The notes beneath the pieces were generated by a model. The model worked only from the letters and a program-made list of their open reading frames with translations, made no database searches and had not been told where the DNA came from. A stretch of DNA of 64,000 nt from assembly GCF_009914755.1 (NCBI RefSeq), contig NC_060942.1; one strand, written 5' to 3'. The translations under genes were made by a program, and so were the position numbers. How positions within the stretch are numbered: the stretch's first letter is position 1; every line of letters begins with the position of its first letter. Positions 37,840-51,200 of the stretch are shown here, in pieces. The stretch comes from the human T2T-CHM13v2.0 reference genome, Homo sapiens.

Positions 37840-39310
37840 AGTGGAGAGAGGAAGAAAAAACATTAAAGACAATCACAAGATTTCCAAAACTTTTCATCAA
37901 ATCAAAAGCATGTTGCCAAATTGATCACATAAAAAGAGGGAATGCACCCAAATAAATAACTTTCTAAAATTTTAAACAGAATATAACTAAAATTTTAGTT
38001 TACATTTATAAAACGTGAAGATTATGAAAAAGTTTAGGCCACTAAAATTGCAAATTTAAGTGATATTAAAATTTTCTAGAGAACAATTTCTAGTATTTTA
38101 CAAAAAAGAACCATAATAGAATTATTATTAAATATTTTGCTCATTAATTAAATTCCTTATGCCTCCTTGAAACAAATAAGTCATGTTATAGAGCTGTGTT
38201 CTGTTGGTGAATTTTGCCAGAAATTTAAGGAACAGATTTTAAAAAATACTTTAGAGAAGCTCAAAAAAAAAAACAGTTTCCTAACATTTTTATGAGATAG
38301 TAAATTATTGAAAGTTAATTAGAATCATATAGCAAAAGAGAATATAGGCTGAGCATGGTGGCTCACACCTGTAATCCCAGTACTTCGGGAGGCCTAAGCG
38401 GGTGGATCGCCTGAGCTCAGGAGTTCAAGACCAGCCCGGGCAACACGCCAAAACCCCATCTCAACTAAAAAATACAAAAAATCAGCTGGGCGTGGTGGTG
38501 CATGCCTGAGGTCCCAGCAGCTCAGGAGGCTAAGGCAGGAGGATCACTTGAGCATAGGAGGTCCAGGCTGCAGTGATGCGTGGTTTGTGCCACTGTACTC
38601 CAGCCTGGGTGACAGGGTAAGACCCTGTGTCAATTTTTTTTAAAAGAAAGACAATAGAATTACAGATTAATCTATAATTATGGGCACAAAAATCCTAAGT
38701 GATGGCCCAGGAAAATGGGATCCAGAAATGCTATACAATATTCATCAAATCATACGGTGTTTAGTCTCAGAATTCAAAGAAGTTTCTCTAGCAGAAAATT
38801 TAATAATTTACTTCACCACTCCAATTAACTGAGAAAGTTATATGATTATTACTATATGATTATTATAATAAAGTTACATGATTATTATATGATTTTAAAG
38901 TGATATTATTAAAAATAATACCGTTTAAAAATAGCGACATGTATTTATGACAAAAGCTAGGAACATAAAAGGACTTCCTTAACCTAGTTTAAATTTCTAC
39001 TTGAAATGTATAGCAAATATGATTCTTCACAGTGAAGCACAGAAGCACAAAACCTCTAAATGAATTCAGAAACAAACAAAAACAACAGAAAACATTACTA
39101 CTATCTCTCCTAATCTGTATTATACCTTAGTAAAGCAAAATTGTTTAGTAATAAAGCAAGAAAAAAGGTATAAATGTTGGAAAAAAAGAGACAATTTTAC
39201 TATTACGTAGTGGTAAAATACATATCCAAGACAATGTATAGAAAAGTTACACAAATGAAAATAATGTGCTTTTTTTTTTTTTGGTAAGAGTTCAACAGAC
39301 AAGCTAAAAA
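37840..39310 (+). mobile_element. Ancient L1M ORF2 fragment (resumes ~41570-42050)
   Basis: ggtgaattttgccagaaatttaaggaacagat; cacaaaaatcctaa; ggacttccttaacctag; tatagcaaatatgattctt. Confidence 0.6.
38347..38650 (+). mobile_element. Alu (AluJb-like)
   Basis: ggctgagcatggtggctcacacctgtaatcccag...gaggatcacttgag...ggctgcagtga...gaccctgtgtc. Confidence 0.93.
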
Positions 39311-39319
39311 CATAACACC

Positions 39320-41560
39320 AGTGAGCAACGTGAATCCTCCCCACTAAGATCCACATCTAGGAAAGGAGGTCCCCTCTCACCACTGCTGTTCAACAACATT
39401 CTGTAAGCCCTAATGCAATGCAGTAGAATTAGAAAAGTAACTAAAAGGTATACAGATTGGAAAAGATGTAGTAAAATTATCTTTGTTAACAGATGATTGT
39501 CTCTGTAGAAAATCCTAAAGAATTGAAAAAAAAAAAACCACTTGCGACTAATGAGCAAGATAGTTTGTAGGATGCAAGGTTAATACAAAAAAATCACGTT
39601 TCTATGTATCAGAATGAATAAATGGGATTTGAAATTAGAAACAGAATACCAGTTACATTACCACCCCAAAAAGAAGCACATAGGTAAAATGTAACCAAAG
39701 GTATTAAAGGTCTATAATGAGGAAACCTACAAAACTCTGATGAAAGACACCAAATAGCTAAATAAATGGAGAGAGATTCCAGGTTCATTGATAGGAAGAC
39801 ACAGTTATCAATATGTCAGTTCTTTCTAGCTCAGTCTATAGATTCAATGCAATCCCATTCAAAATTCCAGCAAGTTATTTTGTGGATACTGACAAACTAA
39901 TGATCAAGTTTATATAAAAGGGAAACAGACCCAGAAGAGCCAACACAATATTAAAGGAGAAGAACAAAGTTGGAGGATTGACACTGCCTGACTTCAAGAC
40001 ATACTATGAAATACAGTAAACAAGACAGTGTAGTATTAGTGAAAGTTAAGAAAAATAGATCAATGGAACAGAATAAACATCCCAGAAGGAGGCTCACATA
40101 AATATAGGTAATTGATCTTTGACAAAGAAACAAAGACACAAACAATGGAGAACAACAACAAAAAAATATTTTCCACAAATGATGATCCTGGAACAACTGG
40201 ATACCCACATGCAAAAAAAAAAAAGAAGAAGAAGAAGAATCTTGATACAGACCTTCCAAGCTTCACAAAAATTAACTCAAAATGGATCACAACTGTCAAA
40301 CACAAAACCCATAAAAGATAATATAGAAGAAAGTCTAGGTGAGCTTGGGTTTGGCTATGACTTTTTAGATGTGACACCGAAAGCACAATTCGTGAAAGAC
40401 ATAACTGATAAGATGGACTTCATTAAAATTAAAAACTTTTGCTCTGTGAAAGACTATGTCAAGGGATGAGAAAGGAAGCCACAGAGTGGGAGAAAATATT
40501 TACAGAAGACATATTAATTGCTATTAAAAATATACAAAGAACTCTTAAAACTTAATAAGAACACAACCCAATGAGCCAAAGACCTGAACAGACATATCAC
40601 CAAAGAAGACATGAAAATGGCAAATAAACATACAAGAAGATGCTTTACATCATATATCATCATGGAATTGCAAAATAAAACAAGAATGAAATACCACTAA
40701 ATACATATTAAAATGTCCAAAATCAAAAACACCAAATGCTGGCAATGATGTGGAGCAACAAGAACTCTCATTCATTGCTGGTAGGAATGCAAAATGGTAC
40801 AGCCAATTTGGAAGAAAGTTTGCCAGTTTTTACGAAACTAGATGTATCCTTACCGTATGACCCATTCATTGTACTCTTTTTGCATTAACCCAAAGGAGTT
40901 GAAAATATCTGTCCATACACATCTGCAGATGTATTTAAAGCAGTTTTATTCATAATTGCCAAAACTTGAAAGCAGCCAAGATGTCATTCAGTAGGTGAAT
41001 GAATAAGCCAATTGTGGTACATCCAGATAGTGGAATAGGATTCATCGTTAAAAATGAACTATCAAGCCATGAAAAGACAAGGAAAAAATAAATACATATA
41101 ACTAAGTGAAAGAAGCCAATCTGAAAAGGATAAGTACTAAAAATTCCAGCTATATGATATTCTGGAAAAGGAAAACCTATGGAGACACTAGAAGGATCAG
41201 TAGGTGCCAGGGGTTTAGCCAAAGGGAGAGATGAATAGGCAGAGCACAGAGGACCTTTAGGGCAGTTCAACTGCTCTCTATAATACTATCATGGGGGATA
41301 CATGTTACTTATATTTGTCCAAACCCATACAACACCAAGAGTGAACCCTCATATAAACTATGAACTCTGGATGAAAATGATCTCTCAGTGTAGGTTTATC
41401 AGTTGTAACATATGTGTAATGCCATCTGGTGAGAGATGTTGATAATCGGGGAATCTATGCATGTGTGGGGCCAGAGGCTAGAGAAGATATTACTGTACTT
41501 TCCTTTCAATTTTGCCGTGAACCTAAAATTCTTCTGAAAAACATCAATTGAAAAAAAGAA
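39320..41560 (+). mobile_element. L1MC-like (L1MC1) ORF2 3' part plus 3' UTR
   Basis: ORF2 motifs (gaacaaagttggaggattgacactgcctgacttcaag; cattaaaattaaaaacttttgctctg) and 3' UTR gcagagcacagaggacctttaggg...acaacaccaagagtgaaccct, ending in an A-rich tail. Confidence 0.85.
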
Positions 41561-43014
41561 AATAATAATAATCTAAAACCTATGAACAAAAAATTTAGAT
41601 GTATTTCAATAATTCAAACATATATATGAAATTCTTTTTGAGAAGATTACAACATTTTTGTAGGTCTTGAAAGAAGCCATAAATAAATGAGAAGCTTGCA
41701 TTTATGGATAATACATTATAATAAGAATGTCATTTCTCCCTAATCTTTAAGTTTACCCAGAATACCAACAGAGATCTGCATAGAATTTGTCAAATTGTAC
41801 TGAAATTAACATCAAAGACAGCAAAGAGAATAAATTTCAAGAAAGGCTTATGTCTTTTCTGAAATAAGTTTTAAGCTGATAAGAACAGATACTACACTTG
41901 ATCTTAGCAAAAAGGCTGAGAAGCAATGAAAAATATTTTTAAAAAGAAGGAAACTTCCATATCATCAGATGTCAATAGGCCTTTAAATCTATAATAATTA
42001 AGATAATGTATATTGTTGCATAGATAATATGACATGTTTGCTGATATTGTGAAACATTTTATGTCAAATAGCATGTGTTCAACTAAATTCATGAAGAAAT
42101 AACCTTTGAATTGTAATTTCTATTAATTAACGTCAAGTACATCATTAAATGCCCCTAACATTTTTCTAGGAACTTTTTCCTTCAGATATTTTTATCTAAA
42201 GAATTAACACATTTAAAAACATGGTAAGGTGCTGTATGTATGTCTGGTAATTTACATTACTTCTAAAATGGACTAACAACAATATGCAAACCCAAGTACC
42301 AATGGTCTCCTTTTTATTTATTTTTTGAGATTACAGTATTTTCACTGTATTTGTAGAATAATAGTTACACATGCACACATATGGGGTATATGTGTATCTG
42401 TTATAATATTGTGAGCGCAATGAGTTCAAGGATGTTATTTGTCTTGCTCTTTGCTTTATAACTAACACCTAGATCAATTTCTGGAATATATCATGTGTAT
42501 AAGAAATAAACATGGAAAAGACAACAATTTTCTTGAATGAAAAATATTTTCCATTAGAAACTAAAGCAGTTTCTTTTCTTTATTTCATTTTTTAAAAGCA
42601 TTATATCATGGAAGGTGGGCAAGGAATTTTGTGTTGAAAATGTGAAACATAAGTCATTTGGTATAGTTCAACTTTTTAAAAGATATTTTTGGGGAGAAAC
42701 TGAGTACCAGAAAAAAATTATGGAGTGAAAGCAAGGCAATGTTAACCAAGTGTCAGCGTGCCAATTTTTCTATAGTTGTAAGTCAATAATTCTGTCAGAA
42801 ATACATCTTGAGATTGAATATATAATATTTACAAGATCTGCAGAAATAGAGCCATTATCTTTGTTATGTTTTTCCTAAGTCATGAATCAAAATGCTGATG
42901 TAGTACAAAAACGTATTTAAGTTTAAGAGGCAAGGTGAATAAAGCAATGGGAAAGCTCTGACATTTTAAAGGATAAAATTGCAAGACTGTAAACATTTTA
43001 ATTTTTCTTGAGGG

Positions 43015-43042
43015 GTGTGTGTGTGTGTGTGTGTGTCTGTGT
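43015..43042. repeat. (GT)n microsatellite
   Basis: GT run. Confidence 0.9.
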
Positions 43043-45134
43043 ATTTGCATTTATTGGAAAATAAATGGTTGACCACTTTTCATGTATGTATTTGCATTTA
43101 ATATTTTGATTTATATTGTTCCTTAATGAACTTTCATAGTCTTTATCTTATTTTGGTTTGGAGAAGAAAAATTTCAGTATGAATGGGCAAGTTATCTTCT
43201 AAGTAATCTATGTATTTCTAAATATTTTTCTTATTTTAATGAATAAGAAGATTATAAAATAGAAAACATTCTATGATTATTTAATTCTTCATGGTACAGA
43301 GAAAAAGGAAATTAAAACCAAATTAATCAACTTCCTAAATGAATAATCACATTGTATATTAAATATTATTTAATTGCCATTTTATATTATAACAAAATAA
43401 CTCACAATCACCATTATTATGGTGGCTGTACTTTTAGTAGAATTTCCTGTACAGCTGCCTAGAGCATTTTTATATGCTCTTTTATCAGACAAACAGAAAT
43501 ACCAACATACATACGTTATTTTAACATATAAAGTTGTCTAATTTGGTGATAAGAATTGAGGTATAGGAGGAGGTGAAAGAGATCTAATGTTTTCTACCCA
43601 CAGAAATAGATATGTGAAATATATTCAATTAATTTAATATGATAAATATATAGATGGATTAATATAATTATTCAAATAATCATATATGCTCTATTTATGA
43701 TCTTTAATTATTACTATATTTATTATCATTTTTCATAATATCTTAGCTCAGTGCTAGATTTTTATATAGAATGAAAGAAAGGAGGGCATTTGATCTATTT
43801 TAAGGAATATATTTCCATTGTTGTACTCACAGTTATTTCTAAAATAAGAGAAATGGCCTTGAATTCTAAGATGTGTGTCTAGCTCTTCACAATTACCAGA
43901 TTATGCTAAGTAAAAATTATGCAGAGTAATGGAACATTTAAATTTTATATTTGTTTTCCATTCTAGTGTAAAATAAACCATTTACACCCAAATATACTCT
44001 ATTACTTTCAAGGAATCTAGAATGTGAATAATTTGTAATCTAATATATTACATAATATTTGTGAACATTTCTTCATTACATTTTGCTAGCATAAAATTAG
44101 CTATGATTGCATAAATTTTTATTTCATCTTCCTGATAAATTTACCACATTCTCTGCACTTTGAAAATGCCTTTTATGTGTAGATTTTCATTTCTTCTCAC
44201 CTTATTTTAATATTTGATATATTTTCCTGCTACCATACCTATGACTGTTCAATAACTCCAATTATAATTTAGATATTTCTTTTAAAGTTGACTTGCTTAG
44301 GAGAAAATGCAGATCATGTCAACGAACTAAAATATTTCTCTTCATGGTTTTTATATCGTAAAGTATCTTTATTTTAGTTGTATTTTCATGATTTAACATT
44401 AAACGTAGTCATTTGTATGACAGAGGTTTATATTTCTTAGTTTATGTAATCCATAGGCACACAGGAGTCACTGCTTAAGAAACCTGTGATTAGAATATTC
44501 ATGCAGCTCTTTACTTTTGCAATATTATCTTAACATTGTTATTGCCACGTCTGTCAAGAACACTATAGAACTCTTGCTGTGAAACTTCCTTACATAGTCA
44601 GATGTGAGGACAAAAATATTGATTCAATCACGGATGATTTTCTAGTACCACAGCTGATGCTCCTTGTTTACTTATGGTTGTCAAATTTTGATGATTAATC
44701 ATTTTATGACATATGCAATTGACACACTCAAATAGCAAAAATTAATAGTGACAAGGTATTCAAATTTAAGAAGTGTCTTCCACTTTCAGAAATGCCCATT
44801 TTGAAAAATGCTGATATTAAGTAAAAAGAAAGTGGTCTAAGTTATTTAGGTAAATTTGCATGTGTATAAGCAGAAAATTGACAGAGTTTGCATTTTTAAC
44901 TATAAACATAATAGAAACATCTCAGTGACCCATACAAAATCTAAATTTCCCCTTTCATTGAAAATAATATAAGAACATGAATGCCAATAATTTGTACTAT
45001 AACTTTTACAAAAGTACACTTTATTTGTATCTTTTCATGGTAAATAAAAATAGCTATATGTATTATAATATTCAGTAACTCGTTTATGTATTATAGAATT
45101 TCTGGCTCAGAAACAAAGAATGAAATGTGCTTAC

Positions 45135-45221
45135 GGGAGGGAGAGAGAAAGGGGGGAAGGAAGGGAAGAAGGAAGGAAGGAAGGGAGGGAGGGAAGGAGG
45201 GAGAAAGGAAAAGAAAAGAAG
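45135..45221. repeat. Polypurine (GGAA/GGGA/GAAAA)n tract
   Basis: About 87 bp of pure A/G on the + strand. Confidence 0.92.
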
Positions 45222-47268
45222 TTGCTGAGTTGCTTCTTTAACTTCTTTAAGACATGAAGTGCAGAATTGGAATCCACCTACCCTGCTGAATCTTCTGCTT
45301 ACATTACATACTTCATTGCATTAAATCCGCTTGAGCTCTACTCTTCACATTTTAGCAATGTCAGCTTTATTTATTAAATTTATTTTTAAAAGTCTATCAC
45401 CTCTTGGTACATAAAAATAAGTGCCTTCATTTATTGAAGCTATATTGTCAAATATTATTTCTGGTCATGGAATCAAAAATTTAGAGTTTTTCTACAAAAT
45501 CTAAGATTTAGTGTGTATGTTTTTTATTAAAAATATTAAATTTTTTAAAAGACATCAGAAATGTTGATGCAGCAGTAATAAAATTTACAGGCATAATTTC
45601 ACAAGCCAAAAAATGCCCACAAATATTTTCAATGAGGGGCTAGCATCTGATGGGTTTTATTTGTACTAATTTGCAAATCTAATTTACAATGGTTAGAATA
45701 CTAAGGGACTTTATCAAATTAGGATATTAAAACTTTAGATGGTCAATTGATGTTTCTACTTAATTTCCTAAGTTATTTACTAATTGGTCATATATTGGAG
45801 AAGCTTAACCTATACAGGGATTAAATATAAACTGCATATGATGGTGTTTTGCTTGTTATTAAAATATTATACTCCATTATTAATATCAAAAATTAGAATC
45901 ACATTCATCATTTAAGAGAGTTCCAAACTTTCTTGTATTTTAATTTAACCATGGGATGAGATATTTTGGAGACTGAAAGCAGTTATTCACTGAGCTACAG
46001 AATGGTTATATCATATTAGGAAAGTCTGAAAATGGGTGATCAAGTATTTCTGAATGATCCACCCTGCAAAATTCCGATATTACCTTTGTCTTTTCTTCTC
46101 CTATATACCTGCTAATGCTCAGTTCCAAAGTGTATCTATTTCAACTGACACCGGCACTTGGACCTAATGGTAGACGAGGTCTTTGCCACTATTTAGCCCA
46201 TTACCAAGGTGGTTACATGGAGCCACCAGCCTTCTCTGCTGGACCGCCCTTCCCAAGTGGCCATCTTCATGCACCTTACGTCTGATTCTGCAGAGAGAAT
46301 AGAGAATTTCTTGACTTGGCATGCTTTTTGCATTTACAAATCAAATCTCTATTGTCTGCGTGCAGCCGTACCTTCCTTATACCACAATTATATAAAAGTT
46401 CCTCTTTAAAACAAATTTATCCTATTTTGTTCTTGATCTTATTTTCTTCAGCTTATCTGGAATCTGAACTTTGTCATAAAAATTATTGTCTCTCTTCATA
46501 CGTTCTCCAACTTTTTCTTTATACTGGTCCCTTCAGTGTAGGCGATTGCATATACTCAAGTCTTTGAAAGAATTACAAACCCAAATATTGCTAGGCCAAT
46601 ACTGCCTGCTCTTACAATTCTAGTTTTTGTCTTTAACTATTTTTCTTGCAAATTCCTTGGGTTTCATATTCTCAAGTTACTCATTGCTATGTCCAATTCC
46701 TCAATTGTCATTTATTTTAACTTAATAAACACTCATAAAATGAATACTATATGCTCAGCACTATTCTAAGCATTATGTATATATGTATTACATATGTGTA
46801 TATGTTATCTCAGTCACCTGTTTTTTAATATCTTGCACAAAATTTTTATTTCTAATTATAAAAGCAATATTTACTTATTCCAGACAAAATTTTAGACCAC
46901 ATAAAGTAAAACACAAAAGTTATCCACAATCTCAGAAACAAAAACTATTCACTGATAATATTTTGCCCTATTTTGCATGTTTTTGTCATTGCATGTGTGT
47001 ATACATGTTTATTTTTGTACATATAATGTTGCGTGTGTATTTAAATGATCATAACAAAGACTTGTATAATACTCTCTGTTACACATTTTTTTCTAAGCAA
47101 AGACTAACTCATCTAATTTCACCATCAACTTTATACATTTCACAAAGGAGGAGTCTGAAGAAAAAGATTTAGGTAACTTGCTAGGTGACAGAACTAATAT
47201 TGGCATTTCAGTAGTCTGTCTCCAGAGTTCATAATGTCTACAGTGTATCTTATACAACTTTGTTTTGA

Positions 47269-47290
47269 ACACACACACACACACACACAC
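47269..47290. repeat. (CA)n microsatellite
   Basis: CA run. Confidence 0.9.
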
Positions 47291-47977
47291 CCCCATGGTC
47301 TCATAAATATGCTAGATAGTATATACTTATATACTAAATATATGCCGATGTATGTTATATAGTCACAATTTTGATGTCTATGCAGATTTGAGCATTTTTC
47401 ACCAAAAATGTATTTTTAATATTTTACAAATATTTTAAAACACCATTTAATAGATTCATAATATGTTAAGATATGAATATACTATTTTAAAAATTACTTT
47501 CCTATTGTTAAACATTTAGTTTTATCCTTTCAAATTTTAAAATATTATAAGTATTATTGTAATAAACAACCATATTTATATAATTCTGTTCTCATTTCTC
47601 ATTAACGTAAGAGAAATTCTTAGAAAATGGAAACTGAATTGAAGGTTGGACATGCTAACAAGTCATGGCAGATATTGCCAATTACCAATACTCTCTCAAG
47701 AAAAGATAATTTCCTCTGCTTTATGTTAGACCTAGGTCTATCATTTGGCATTCATTAAACAAACAAATGTGTGGTTCCTTTTTCTGTTTCAAACATGGTG
47801 CAATTTCTGAAGACAGAGTAGGCACGACAGAAATGGCCACTGAAATTTGCGTGTGATTTTGTCTACTGGGGAGGGTAGTGAAGCAAAAATTAAATGAAAA
47901 TATAAATAAAATTACATAGTTTTGAGTCCTCAACAGGAAATGTACGGAAAACAGTGCAGAAAATGAGGGGAGTCAAA

Positions 47978-48288
47978 GGCCGGGCCCGGTGACTCATACC
48001 TTTAATCCCAGCACTTCGGAAGGCCATGGTGGGCAGATCACTTGAGTTAAGGAGTTCAACACTGGGCGGTCCAACATGGTGAAATCCCGTCTCTACTAAA
48101 AATACAAAAATCAGCCAGACATGGTGGTGCCACCTGTAGTCCCAGCTACTCAGGAGGCTGAGGCAGGAGAATCACTTGAGTGCAGGAGGTGGCGGTTGCA
48201 GTGAGCCGAGATCACGCCACTGCACTCTAGCCTGGGTTACAGAGCGAGACTCTGTCTCAAAAAAGAAAGAAAGAAAAAAAAGAAGAAG
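47978..48288 (+). mobile_element. Alu (AluS)
   Basis: Full dimer with A-rich tail; TSD aaatgaggggagtc (47961-47974) / aaatgaggggactc (48290-48303). Confidence 0.97.
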
Positions 48289-51200
48289 TAAATGAGGGGA
48301 CTCGAGTCTACTTGATGGTTAGTATTAATTGTAATAATATAAAGAATCTCATGGCTGAGAACCATAGTTTGACTAGGAAATCTAAATGGCTTCAAAAAAC
48401 CCTCCCCATGGATCTTTGCTTTGAAAAGAGAAATTTCCAAACATGCGAATAATTTGATAAGTATAGACTACACAGTTAGTCTAGCATCCTGGCGTCACTA
48501 CTACTCACTATGAATTTCATTTTCCTCTATAAATCACTTAGCTTCACCAAAGACCGAGCTTAAATTTGTTAGGTACTTTCCAATGTCTCTTGCTTTTAAT
48601 ATAGTGTATTTCTTCCCCCTCATTTTCTTACTCTGCTTGGGTTCTTGCCGCAATATTCTACTGCTCTTTATTTTTATACCTTTTCAACACCATGGATGCT
48701 TCATGTCCTTGTGGTATTACTCCAAATGATCACTTAAGTTCGACTGCAGAGGACAGGCAGAGCTTGAGATGAGCTTTTGCGGCATGCTGCATGCTCTCTC
48801 TTCCCAGGCATTGCCTTAGGGCCAGCTGGATTTGCAGCGATATACTTACATAATTCTGATTTAATTTTTCTTGTGGGAAATTATGCGAGTTCAGGAGCTC
48901 TACATTCCTTTACTGAAATAATTATTTTCAAATCCCTGAAAGCATTTACATACTTCAATGGAGGTAAAACATTCATTGCAGGAGTGGTAAGATGTCCACC
49001 ACTAAATTTTTTTAAAGTGAGTTCTAATTTTTTTCTTAATATGTTTCTTCTTCTGTAAGGGGAATTGGTGCTTATATTTAGAATCATGAAGCAAGAAACT
49101 ATTCCCAACACTTATATGCTAAGCTGGAAAAGAACTAGAAATATATGCTTTGTCTGTTTTCTTAGGTATATTATTGCAGTTAGACTTCTGATAGTTTTTT
49201 TATTATAGTTGAAAGTCTGCTCAATGTGTTTAATTTCTTTAGAAGACAAGCTCCCGTCTGCAAGGAAATTATATTGTGTCATGACTGAGCATGCAGAAAT
49301 TATTTTTCAGAAAAGGGAGGAAGGCAGGGGAGGGGAAGAGAGAGAACTATAAAAAGTAAAGAATCCAAATATCCAGTATCAAAACAAGGACAGGAATAGT
49401 TTGTGGACATCCCATTAGAACACAATATACTATTCATAAGTTTTATAAAGTCACTTACTTTGCCTTCCAGAATCAATCATGTTAGTTACTACTTAAGCCT
49501 TTCTTAGTTTTATTTTCCTTTCATAAATTATATAGTCTTATCAGAAGGACTTAAACACTGTTAAGTGTTTCAAAAGATGCTATTTAGTTATTTTTAAATC
49601 CTTATGACATCTGAATAAATGTTTCTTCCATTGAAGGTGAAAACATTTACTGTTTGCCCATAGATAAAAATGGGCAAAATATTGGCATTATTAGATTATA
49701 TTATTTTTTCTTTTCATTGTTTTTTATTGATTTCTATCCTAGAGAAACAAAACAAACAAACAAAAAAACTGGCTGTCACAAATTATATCCCAATCCCTTT
49801 TCCTTTTCATTCTGGAAGATCTTTGAGTCCCACATCTGTATCCTTCCTAAATCCCCAATTTCCTTTTTCTTCTTGGACTTTCAGATTGTAGTATTAGCAT
49901 GTAAGAGTGATATCAAAAAGACTGTACAATGTCAGTGAAGGCTTAGGTGAAATCAAACTGGTACGTCACTTGACATCTAAAATAGAGATGCTAAATGTGT
50001 AGCTTAGTAATTGTGTTTGCATTTCTTCTAGCAAAGTGGCTCCGTTTTAATCTACCATAAATTTGCTGGAGGGCCCCAGGCCCCACTTCTGACTAATAAC
50101 TTTACTCCTGTCTTTATGATGCATTTGAAAGTTCAAGTAATCGGTTTGTATATACAAGAAGATTATGTTTTGATATGACATATGATTACAGAAAGAGCTA
50201 AAATCCAAAGTTAGGCATATTAATCTACAAAATATATTATTATGAATTAATGTATTTAGCAATATCCTTAGGGTTATTTGTGCAAGATTCCATCTGAGAA
50301 TACTTTCTACCTGGGAATAATAGATTTTTTTTTATCTGTGAGCACATATAAGCTAAAGCTACAGTAAAATTACATTAACTTGATTTATGATGTCCATAAA
50401 GAAAAGCATGATATTTCTGTCTACCTAATTACTAATATTGTTGGCTTCTTATACTAATTAATAATCATTTTTATTTTTCTTACTTTAGATGATACCTTCA
50501 GCTATACGACTCACCCTTCAAAGTTTGAAAGTGGAATAGTAAAAACTTAAAGGCTGCATTTTCTGATTGTCACCTGGCTCTGTTATTCTCTGTTCTATGG
50601 CGTTACTAGCCTCTCAGCTTAACTGCTTGTAGATTATGAGTGTCAAGTAATGTTGCTCTTCTGTGCAAATATTTTCCTCATTTTAGATAAGCTAAGCATT
50701 TAGATAAAGTTATTATCAGTTAGTGAGAGTTTTTCTATCTGTATGTTTAATGATTTATATTATTGTCTCAATAATTAACTTTATTGTTATGATTTTATCA
50801 TTTTCTAGCCTACATTATATAGGGTACCATGGTTCTTTTATTTTTAAATTATTATAGCCTTTTTATCAGTTTGGAAATGCAGATATCCTATACAATTTCA
50901 TATGGCATATCATGTTTATACAATATTTGAATGATTTTAAACCTGCTCATATTTTGCTTTAAAAGAGGAATACAGTTGAATGTGTTTGGTTGCATATATG
51001 TATAACGTTTAACCAATATGTAAATATGGCTTTCATTCCTCTACCTTCCTATGGGATAGCAGGATGCTGAGCTCAGCCAACCCATAGCTGATTTTGGATG
51101 TTATGTCCATGTATACTGCCAAATATGAACATAAAGCTCACTATATACTTATAAAATTCTTCTAGAAAAAATATCTATACAGCAAGGCTTAAAAAATGAG

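Noticed and set aside
38835-38895. Short imperfect ATATGATTATT repeats
   Set aside because: Ordinary AT-rich slippage within an old L1.
48750-49111. Overlapping ORFs and a GTGGGAA (RBPJ-like) motif
   Set aside because: No recognisable protein similarity, and a single 7-mer is expected by chance in 64 kb.
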